Origin: Cyanidioschyzon merolae
Taxonomy: Eukaryota
Length of the DNA: 64,000 nt
Assembly: GCA_000091205.1 (NCBI GenBank)
Contig: AP006492.2
Reading direction: 5' to 3' (one strand)
Shown: one piece after another, positions 56,290 to 64,000 of the stretch
How the letters are laid out: each line of letters begins with the position of its first letter
Numbering within the stretch: position 1 is the stretch's first letter
Notes under the pieces: model-generated
Told to the model about the DNA's origin: nothing
What the model saw: the letters and a program-made list of their open reading frames with translations, nothing else
The model's database searches: none
Program-made: the position numbers and the translations under genes

Positions 56290-56532
56290 TTATGGCTCTA
56301 AATACGCCTGGCCGTCCGGTACCTCTAGCTCCGCTGTCACCAGTCGTTGGATGTTGATGGCAGCGTCCAAGGCCCGTTTTCGCTGGTCCAGGACTTTTTC
56401 AACGTATTTCATGCACAAGTGGTTCTTGCGAGCTCCGCCTTGCTGTCCATTGTCATCTTCGTCGTATGCAGACTCAATGCGTCCTTCGCAGCGGTGACAC
56501 TCGACTATGGTCGATGATTCGCATGTGTCCAC
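56290..56532 (-). CDS. Small ORF (80 aa) in inverted-repeat arm 1; paralogous N-terminus to ORF 62375-62566
   Basis: IVECHRCEGRIESAYDEDDNGQQG versus VECHRCERRAESECKENDHGKRS in the other arm; sequences diverge after about 25 codons. Confidence 0.2.
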   Translation of the reverse strand: MDTCESSTIVECHRCEGRIESAYDEDDNGQQGGARKNHLCMKYVEKVLDQRKRALDAAINIQRLVTAELEVPDGQAYLEP

Positions 56533-56625
56533 CCGGGATCCTCGCTAGAGCGCCGTCCTGTTGCGCGTGAACGTTTTCTCCATCAACCTGTACGTGCCCG
56601 TGACGGACGTAGAGGACTCTGTTCG

Positions 56626-56862
56626 ATGCACCCCTCCGTTTCCGCGTCAGGAGCAGTACCCGGCGATCACGGGCTTCTCCTGGACGATGCCCTTAGCGAT
56701 TATTCTACCAGCTGCATACGCAAGCGCACGCTGTTCCGTTCCATAGAGTATTTGTGGAACGCAATGTTGCCCATCATGAAACAAGTAACGGACGGGAAAT
56801 CCCGGCTGGAGAACAAATCGAGAAACTTCGAGCCCTCTACGCTCCCTCCGCCCAAGCAGTAA
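56626..56862 (+). CDS. Small ORF (78 aa) in inverted-repeat arm 1; member of the repeated ORF family (copies at 62051-62380 and 45406-45930)
   Basis: About 93% nucleotide identity to the arm-2 copy. The substitutions between copies (D/G, A/T, D/E, R/H) keep the frame open. Confidence 0.3.
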   Translation: MHPSVSASGAVPGDHGLLLDDALSDYSTSCIRKRTLFRSIEYLWNAMLPIMKQVTDGKSRLENKSRNFEPSTLPPPKQ

Positions 56863-57808
56863 CGCGCTTTCCACTGGAAATGTTCGCCGCAATGACCAAA
56901 TTCCCAGCCCAGGACTCTTTTCCGAACAAGCAGAACAACCAACAGCCTCTGGGACTATATGACGTGAATTGCACTAAGCTGCTGGGGAACGCGCTTTCGT
57001 CGATATTCACAGAGAAACAAGCACCTGTATTTCGATAGGAGTTGATTCTCTCGCGTCGGAATATCAGTGTACTTTCGGTATCATCTTCTGAGCGATTTTT
57101 CCAGAATACATCGCGTTTTTCCTCGTCAATCAAGCGACGCGCATCGCTGGCTCTCTAAGCGTTGCCTTGAAACACGCAAGCACCGCAGTTGCTTCGACTC
57201 GTGTCCGTTTGCACGCTATCCACACATCAACTACTTTACCAATCCCTGTCCGATTGCGTCATAAATCGCCTTGATTTCAAGGACGTCACGAATTCCAGCA
57301 ACAAAGCGCCCGGTGATCCACTTTGTGACCTCGACCCTGAGTATGCCCAGCCTTTACGAGTGCATCCGTGTGTGCACTGTTTTCCGTACTTCGACGAACT
57401 ACGCTGCACGCCTAGGCAAACGTTGTAAACCAATCACAACACCGGAGTACAGTAAGCGGCCCAGTGTTCCACGAGAACCAGACACACACACACACACTGA
57501 GATCGACGCTCGACCACGGCAGCCGCAGGCACCCGCCCGTCGAGCAGTTCCGTTCAGAGGAGAGGAAAGCGCGCGCGTGATGTCCATTTTGGGATGCCAT
57601 CAACTGTGGCGCGCCAATCGTCTGTTGTTGCGGGTGCGCGAGTCCCAGCGCCGACGGCCTGCGCGCGCCCCCTCGGTGGTACATTGCGCGCAGGTCGCTG
57701 GACGGCGGCGACGCTGCCACCCGCGTACCGATCCTGAGCGATGCAGCGGCCGGTGCGCTGGGGCGCGGGCTGGTGCCGATAGCGTCCCCAGCGAGATAAA
57801 CAGGCGCA

Positions 57809-58861
57809 GTGCCCCGGAACCGAGGGACAAGTCCGCAGCAGACGAGAGAGAGCGCTCGTTGGTGCTCCTCAGAGCGCCATGGTATGAGTGGGCGGGTTCG
57901 AAGGCACAGCTTGGTGGTGGGCGAGCGCGGACCGGAGGGAATCGATGCAGCTACCAGCGCTTCTGAGGGCAACACATCTGCAACCTTGCACGGTTCGGCG
58001 GCAACCGAAGAGAACGACGCTTTAGCTCTAAAGTGCATTGAGGTGCTTCTTGCGCGCGAGCACCTGTTTACGTATCCTGCTGACTATGAGCCGCCTCTGG
58101 TAGACTCGGAGCAGTACCGTAGACGCTGTTTGCAGGTTCAGCGCTCGGTCAGTTTCGTGCGGCGTTTGCGCATTTCGGAGGAAGTGGCGGGCCTTTCGGT
58201 TGCATTCTACGACCGCATACATAGTGAGGTGCTCCCAGCAACTTTGGAAACCAGTATCACCGACGAGGTATGGGGAGCAGCGTCGCTTGCGCTCGCTTGC
58301 GAGGCCCGCGAGCTACCGGCCGCGCTCGTCGTTATTCTGCTCGCTGGCGACGATCGAGCGAAATCGCTTCGTATCTGGGAAGCAAAGCAGCGCCTACGAG
58401 CGCATCTAAACTGGCGTATTGAAATGGTCACGCCATACCAGTACATTCGAGCCATTCCGAGAGCTCCCACGCACGTGCGAATACTCGCGAGTGGTATCGT
58501 GACCCTAGCGTTGACGGATGTGCAGCTCATCAGACAGCTTCCGTCGCGCATTGCCGCAGCGGCTGTTGCAGTAGCTTTTATCATCTTCGACGAATTGCAT
58601 GAAGCGGTTGAGCGAAGCATGGAGGAGCAGCTGCGTGTGCATGCGCTCGAACGCTTCACGCCATTGAGGACGAGCCCGCGCTCGCCTGGCCAGCGCGAGA
58701 CGGTCGCCACGACGCCCGCCGGGTCGTGTCCCCTGATGAATCCCCAGACGCTTGACCTGGAGCTCATGCGTAGACTTTTGCGCATATTTTTCTTCAGTGA
58801 GGCTCCGGACATTGCGGGTGGAGTTTTCTCACTCAGTTCTTTGTCAGAGACCAGTACATGA
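57809..58861 (+). CDS. Cyclin-like protein (divergent cyclin box)
   Basis: LALKCIEVLLAREHLFTYPADYEP...YRRRCLQVQRSVSFVRRLRISEEVAGLSVAFYDRIHSEV...EVWGAASLALACEARELP follows the cyclin N-domain pattern (helix 1, YxDRF-like AFYDRI, AASLxLAxK-like GAASLALACE). Confidence 0.5.
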   Translation: MPRNRGTSPQQTRESARWCSSERHGMSGRVRRHSLVVGERGPEGIDAATSASEGNTSATLHGSAATEENDALALKCIEVLLAREHLFTYPADYEPPLVDSEQYRRRCLQVQRSVSFVRRLRISEEVAGLSVAFYDRIHSEVLPATLETSITDEVWGAASLALACEARELPAALVVILLAGDDRAKSLRIWEAKQRLRAHLNWRIEMVTPYQYIRAIPRAPTHVRILASGIVTLALTDVQLIRQLPSRIAAAAVAVAFIIFDELHEAVERSMEEQLRVHALERFTPLRTSPRSPGQRETVATTPAGSCPLMNPQTLDLELMRRLLRIFFFSEAPDIAGGVFSLSSLSETST

Positions 58862-59918
58862 ACCGCTGGTACTTGTCTGAGATCGTAGCTCGGGAAGGAT
58901 TCTCCATTGCCAACATGGCGAATAGCCATAAAAGTGCTCTAGGATGTTGTGGAAATCACGTAAGAAGCACCAGATTCCCGACTGATGCGCACATAGACGC
59001 GGAAGCGTACATGGGCTGTCTTGTCTGTCCCTCGAGCGGGAACCTTCGCCGCAGCGCCCTGCGGGATTCGTCGGTTGCGTCGCCTGGATGCGCAGCGAGA
59101 ACATGGCTCATGGGCGGGCGCGCTGCTCACATCAAAAGTAGAACGGTTTGAATGCAGGTGCATTTCATTGAAGCTGCAGCCGGATCGGCATTTCGGCAAC
59201 GGAGGACGCCAGGATCGAGTCCGCTGCGCACCAGCTCCAGCGGCTGCCGCACCCCTTGTTCACTGATGTGCATCACGCGGATTGCCTGCTACGGACTGTG
59301 CGCTTCGATACCCGAATTCGAGGTCATTTCATTCAGCGACAGACAGGAAGTTCGACCAGGTGACCCGGGATCGGCTTCGACCTTGAGCGATGGGCAGAGC
59401 TCGACTGCATTGCTGGCGCTGCGATGTCGTCGGCGGGTGCAAAGTCGGTCCTCGTGCCACTCGAGCTGAGCAGTCGGATCGTCGCAGGCGACGTCTGCGT
59501 CGAACGCCGCGAAACAAAAGCGACGGGTTCGTCTCCCCTGGGCAGTGCCAGGTTCCCGGTCCTCGAAGCGCTCTCAGAAGCGTCTGTGCGCGGACGATAT
59601 ACGCGGCGCACGGTCGTCGGCGGAGCGTATCATGCGCAGCGGTGACTGCGCTCACGCTTCAAGAGTGCTCCGGTTGCGAGCGCTCGAGCCCGTACCATGA
59701 ACACTTTAACGACAGACAGCGGCTTGGCACCGGTTGCGGTACGCAACGTCGGCAGCGGATGTCGAGCGTCCGACTCCAGTCGGTCAGGATTCGAATGCCA
59801 GCCGCCAACCCGTGAAACTGGCATCGCCCTTTCGCAAAGTCCAGGATTCACTTCACTGTTTTTACGATAGCGACGGAATATGGGCAAGAGAGTCGAATGG
59901 CGACAGAGCGCTCTACAT

Positions 59919-61373
59919 CTAGCCCGCTAGCGGTGGATAGGAGTGCTGAACAACGCCCAGCAATGCCTCGCCATTGTAGTGCAGAACGTTTTGACTGTAA
60001 GCGCATGGTGGGATGAAAATGATCCGACGCTCCTCGTCAAGCGCAAGACCAGCTCGATGTCGCTGTATCAGGTATTCGATAAAGTTCTGGTATCCGTCCC
60101 TATCCTCCTCGCGTTCCGGTTCGAAGTAGAACACTGCTGCATCAGGAAGCACGAACTCATTCAGATGGTTGAGGTTGAAACGCCGCTCGACGACGACGAC
60201 TGGCGGGATGCTCTCCTCGTCGGTGAGGGGTCCCCCGATTTGGTGCGCAACCAAGCGACACACGAATCGACCAGTCTTCTGGAGCCGGCACGTCCACTTG
60301 GGTACGTATCGCACAATCGGATACATGAAACGCCATCGACTGTCCTCGGAGACCAGGGGCTCTCGATTGGACGCCTGCGCTTCTTGGCTCAGGTGATAGT
60401 CCAACAAGAGTCGCCAAAGATATGCGTCGGTTTCGAGTGCTCGCCAATTCTCCAAGCACAGTTTTCGCCACAAATTTTCGTCCGAAGCAAATTTGCACCA
60501 TTTTTTGCATACGCCCCGCACGCGCCCTAGTTGAGGACCATTCATGTAGGTGAAGATTCGACGCAAAGTATCATCTGGTAGATCGGATATAGTCGTCGGT
60601 CTATTTCCGAGAACATACGACTTGGTCTCACGGGACGCCTTTTGGTACCTGCTCGACGCTGCCGCGCTTGACGACAGCGCGCTCAACGACAAGGGTGCGC
60701 GAACTAGGGTTACGCGCGCGGAGCCCCGCGAAGCCTCCTCGGCGCCGTCGGCTTCTGGCACTGCTGAACCACTCCCCAAGCCGCTGCTACCTTCCTCAAC
60801 CATAAAGTCTTCCGCGGCGTCCATGGCTTCGATTTCAAGGTGTGCAGCGGAGGCAGCGGCAGGTGAGAGCATCCCGTTGCCGGACGCGCTTCCCGCGCTT
60901 GCAAACCAAAGCGGCTCCCGCAGGTTGTTACCGCCCGTCCAGCTATCCTGCACGCTAGCGGCCTGCGTCTGTATCAAAAACGTTCTTAGAAAGTCGCGTA
61001 TGAAGGATGCTGAACCGTCCATGAGCGCAGGCTTCGTCTCTACGTAGAGGATCAACTGGCGGAGCACTTTGAGCAAGTAAGGAACCGAGTCGGGTCTTTC
61101 GAGGGCACTTTCCGCGCCCTCAAAAGCGTTCTGGTTACCCTCAATATCCCTTTCTTCTTTAGCACAAAGGCTGAGCGGCTTCTTCACAGAGTCCGTCACG
61201 CAAGCAGGTTTCATGCTTTCAAACAGGACTTGGTTCAAAGCGTGTTCGCGAACGTTCGCACACGAACGGTTACCTGCTGCCCTGGTACGCTGCAATCGCG
61301 TGCACGAGCGTCGCGGCCGCGAATTGCGTTCCGCAGGCAGGCGCCATCTCGAGGCGCAATCCTCGATCCACAA
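59919..61373 (-). CDS. F-box domain protein (484 aa)
   Basis: The F-box ISDLPDDTLRRIFTYMNGPQLGRVRGVCKKWCKFASDENLWRKLC sits in mid-protein. The N- and C-terminal regions have no recognisable fold by eye. Confidence 0.65.
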   Translation of the reverse strand: MWIEDCASRWRLPAERNSRPRRSCTRLQRTRAAGNRSCANVREHALNQVLFESMKPACVTDSVKKPLSLCAKEERDIEGNQNAFEGAESALERPDSVPYLLKVLRQLILYVETKPALMDGSASFIRDFLRTFLIQTQAASVQDSWTGGNNLREPLWFASAGSASGNGMLSPAAASAAHLEIEAMDAAEDFMVEEGSSGLGSGSAVPEADGAEEASRGSARVTLVRAPLSLSALSSSAAASSRYQKASRETKSYVLGNRPTTISDLPDDTLRRIFTYMNGPQLGRVRGVCKKWCKFASDENLWRKLCLENWRALETDAYLWRLLLDYHLSQEAQASNREPLVSEDSRWRFMYPIVRYVPKWTCRLQKTGRFVCRLVAHQIGGPLTDEESIPPVVVVERRFNLNHLNEFVLPDAAVFYFEPEREEDRDGYQNFIEYLIQRHRAGLALDEERRIIFIPPCAYSQNVLHYNGEALLGVVQHSYPPLAG

Positions 61374-62050
61374 GCGACATCCTGGGCAAGTAACGGTGAA
61401 CGAAAAACATGGATCTTTACATTCGATGCACGCTTTGGAGTCGTGATTAGAAGTAATACCTCGATAGTTGAAGTAGACGAATGGGGTGTTTAGGATTTGT
61501 AAGGAGGTTTAGGAATGTCGGTCGTCTATATGGAGTTGCCGCTTCGATTCCTTGCCGCTGCGTGTCGAGGCGTCATCGGATGCAAGATGATTTGCGACGA
61601 TTTTGGACAAGCGCTTACAAGACAAGTACCCGGATGATCCAGCTTCTATGTACGGCGCCTCCGTGCTTCCCTTGTTGCTCTTGGTGTCGCATGAGCGAAT
61701 CACGCTTTATTTGATGGATCGATCTTTCTCTTTTGACGCGAATCGAGGACGTAGCGCTTCGCGCCACAGGATTGAAGAGGGAAAACTCCGTGTCTTTTGG
61801 ACGACATGATCATAAACTCGTGCCGAAAGTTCACTGAATGTTTCATGTGGACGAAGAAACGATTGCGTGCGAAAAGCATGTGGCTCTCTCTTTGCTGGCG
61901 TCGACAAAACGGCAATTCCTTGAGCAGAATCGTGGAATTCACGGGACAGGCCCCTCTCCGAATACCGTCTCATCTGTTGCATGGAAAACGGCCTTGGACT
62001 CGGAATTCAGTGACCAAAATGATCGCTTCTGGTAGAGCGTGCGTTACCGC

Positions 62051-62380
62051 TTAGGGGAAAGGGAGTATAGAGGGACCGAAATTTCTCGACTTGGTCTCCG
62101 TACTGGATTTCCCGTCCGTTACTTGTTTCATGATGGGCAACATTGCGTTCCACAAGTACTCTATGGAATGGAACAGCGTGCGCTTGCGTATACAGCTGGT
62201 AGAATACTCGCTAAGGGTATCGCCCAGCAGAAGCCCGTGATCGCCGGGTACTGCTCCTGACGCGGAAACGGAGGGGTGCATCGAACAGAGTCCTCTACGT
62301 CCGTCACGGGCACGTACAGGTTGATGGAGAAAACGTTCACGCGCAACAGGACGGCGCTCTAGCGAGGATCTCGGGTGCAC
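62051..62380 (-). CDS. Small ORF in inverted-repeat arm 2 (paralog of 56626-56862)
   Basis: ...MHPSVSASGAVPGDHGLLLGDTLSEYSTSCIRKRTLFHSIEYLWNAMLPIMKQVTDGKS..., the same frame as the arm-1 copy. Confidence 0.3.
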   Translation of the reverse strand: MHPRSSLERRPVARERFLHQPVRARDGRRGLCSMHPSVSASGAVPGDHGLLLGDTLSEYSTSCIRKRTLFHSIEYLWNAMLPIMKQVTDGKSSTETKSRNFGPSILPFP

Positions 62381-62566
62381 GTGTGGAAATCAGTGACCAA
62401 CGTCGAGTGTCACCGTTGCGAAAGACGCGCAGAGTCTGAATGCAAAGAAAATGACCACGGCAAGCGAAGCATCGATTGCAACTTCGATCTGTGTTTAGAT
62501 GGCGTAGAAAACGGCCGGGAGCGGGGCAACCCGGAAATCAACGCTGTCATCAACATCCTTCAATAA
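62375..62566 (+). CDS. Small ORF (63 aa) in inverted-repeat arm 2; paralogous N-terminus to 56290-56532
   Basis: Shared VECHRCE-R-ES block; weak evidence of coding. Confidence 0.15.
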   Translation: MHVWKSVTNVECHRCERRAESECKENDHGKRSIDCNFDLCLDGVENGRERGNPEINAVINILQ

Positions 62567-62722
62567 CGGACAACGGTACTGGAGCGACACGAGAGACCAG
62601 CGCTTTCAAAGCCTGGGACGAGGAAGCTGTCCCAGGAAACGCCCTCAAGGGCCACGATTGCTAACACTGACTCAAACTTTGGCTTGTACGCGCGTGTTCG
62701 CAGCGTGCACCCAATCCATTTT

Positions 62723-63355
62723 TAGCATTCAACGAGCGTATCGTACACCAGGAAGGGTATGCATGGGTTTATTTTTTTTCATAACGGCCGTATCTATCAC
62801 ACTGACCGTGACCGTCGCCGGGAAAATGTGTTCTGAGCTCGATTCCTTTCGGTAACGTAGGCATCATCGGCAATTCGGAATTAGCATTCAACGAGCGTAT
62901 CATACACCAGGAAGGGTATGCATGGGTTCATTTTTGTCAGAACGGCCGTATCTATCACACTGACCGTGACCGTCGCCGGGAAAATGCGTTCTGAGCTCGA
63001 TTCCTTTCGGTAACGTAGGCATCATCGGCAATTCGGAATTAGCATTCAACGAGCGTATCATACACCAGGAAGGGTATGCATGGGTTCATTTTTGTCAGAA
63101 CGGCCGTATCTATCACACTGACCGTGACCGTCGCCGGGAAAATGCGTTCTGAGCTCGATTCCTTTCGGTAACGTAGGCATCATCGGCCATTCGGAATTAG
63201 CATTCAACGAGCGTATCGTACACCAGGAAGGGTATGCATGGGTTCATTTTTTTCAGAACGGCCGTATCTATCACATTGACCGTGACCGTCGCCGGGAAAA
63301 TGCGTTCTGGGCTCGAGTGCATTGGGTAACGTACGCACCATTGGCAATTCGGAAC
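62723..63355. repeat. Tandem array of four copies of a 158-bp unit (minisatellite/satellite-like)
   Basis: The unit starting ttagcattcaacgagcgtatcatacaccaggaagggtatgcatgggttcatttttgtcagaacggccgtatctatcacactgaccgtgaccgtcgccgggaaaatgcgttctgagctcgattcctttcggtaacgtaggcatcatcggcaattcggaa recurs at 62723, 62881, 63039 and 63197 with a few substitutions. The last copy degenerates near 63300. Confidence 0.9.
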
Positions 63356-64000
63356 GCTCAGCTGAGAGATCCTTTCGTGAAGCACAAATACACCGTATTC
63401 CCGGGGATGCGTTTGCCCTGCAGGACGAGCGGATATGTGCTTACTTCAGAAAAACCGGCGGTGTGGCTTCCGCAGTGTGTGCGCGTGTGTGGCTGCAGCT
63501 CTTACGACAGCCGAACGGAAGCACGGCGCGCGCTCCCGTGTGCAGGCGCGAATCAAGCCCAGTGCACATAGCTCAGACGCAGGTACTTGTCAGTATGGCC
63601 CTGGGCTCAAGGTCACTGTTTAGCAGAGGTCACGGCAGCTTACGCAACGGACGCCAGCTTTGGCGAGTGCGCCGGGCACCAACCATTGCTCTACATCCAA
63701 GTGCGTATACTCTGTTCTATGGAATAGTGGACGACAATGATCGTTCACCATTTACGCAGTAGAGGCTTTCGCTGTGCGTATATGGGGCACGCTGGACTTG
63801 CTGGATCGCTGAACCGTACCCATACCAGTGCCGTGGTCCATGCGAGAATCCCCTGCCCTGTGACTTTACCACAGATTTTTTTCATCGAAAGTCGCTAGCG
63901 TTTCAGCACAGTGCATGTACCGAGTCCTCAACGAGGATCTCGAACGTTCGCTCGATACAAAGCCGTTCGACGCCCCGCATGCACGAGATATCTCCATATG

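Larger units (their letters stand above)
56290..56875 (+). repeat. Inverted-repeat arm 1 (core 56521-56875 is ~93% identical to the reverse complement of 62040-62385; the outer ~230 bp is more diverged)
   Basis: Direct comparison of the sequence with the reverse complement of 62040-62570. The core begins cacccgggatcctcgctagagcgccgtcctgttgcgcgtgaacgttttctccatcaacctgtacgtgcccgtgacgg in both arms. Confidence 0.85.
62040..62570 (-). repeat. Inverted-repeat arm 2 (partner of 56290-56875)
   Basis: See arm 1. The two arms are about 5.2 kb apart and enclose the cyclin-like and F-box genes. Confidence 0.85.

Noticed and set aside
56290-62570. Classical DNA transposon with terminal inverted repeats
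   Set aside because: No transposase, integrase or reverse-transcriptase ORF lies between the arms; the enclosed genes are a cyclin-like and an F-box gene. The arms themselves contain conserved small ORFs. It is kept as a finding but not called a mobile element.
62723-63355. Possible CRISPR array (regular repeats)
   Set aside because: Units are contiguous with no unique spacers and the period is 158 bp. The genome is eukaryotic and no cas genes are present.

Overview
This 64-kb window is about 58-60% GC and reads as nuclear DNA from a gene-dense, essentially intron-free photosynthetic eukaryote. It is not bacterial.

The six-frame ORF track omits the largest gene here because it runs off the left edge. 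Hand translation of the minus strand from about 4398 down to 1 gives one uninterrupted frame with repeated AAA+ motifs (LLIGETGVGKT, PVLIEGATAVGKT, DELNLA, LFATQNP) typical of midasin (MDN1/Rea1). The AAA+ signal at 1-3300 is therefore not a sigma-54 activator.

I can support about 28 protein-coding genes, all as single continuous ORFs:
- Metabolic and housekeeping: monofunctional GAR synthetase (purD), HIBADH-like dehydrogenase, beta-amylase, UvrD-type helicase, alpha/beta hydrolase, Rho-family GTPase, prolyl-tRNA synthetase, monofunctional formate-THF ligase, AP-complex mu subunit.
- Plastid-type: NhaD Na+/H+ antiporter, PAP/fibrillin, thioredoxin, RETICULATA-related DUF3411 protein, Tic22.
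- Mitochondrial-type: an Mth938-domain (NDUFAF3-like) protein and a mitochondrial ribosomal protein S6-like ORF.
- Others: a head-to-head pair of small heat-shock proteins, a PAC2-like proteasome chaperone, a cyclin-like protein and an F-box protein.
- Many of these enzymes carry Ser/Arg/Ala-rich N-terminal extensions that look like organelle targeting peptides.

The most distinctive RNA feature is a circularly permuted tRNA-Leu(CAG) gene at 53800-53893. Its 3' half sits upstream of its 5' half, with a perfectly complementary acceptor stem split across a 9-nt linker.

Together with the intron-free genes, the plastid-type proteins and the divergent sHSP pair, this points to a cyanidialean red alga resembling Cyanidioschyzon merolae. 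That is an inference, not a database result.

Other structures:
- About 355-bp inverted repeats, roughly 93% identical in the core, at 56.3-56.9 kb and 62.0-62.6 kb. They flank the cyclin-like and F-box genes, each arm carries a divergent pair of small ORFs, and a third diverged copy lies at 45.4-46.0 kb.
- A 158-bp unit repeated four times in tandem at 62.7-63.4 kb.
- A perfect 73-bp tandem duplication upstream of the fibrillin gene.
- A 26-nt motif (24/26 identical) found upstream of both the beta-amylase and the RETICULATA-related genes.
- Several coding and non-coding microsatellites.

No CRISPR arrays, rRNA genes or recognisable transposase or integrase genes were seen. All protein calls rest on hand translation and remembered family motifs; no searches were run.
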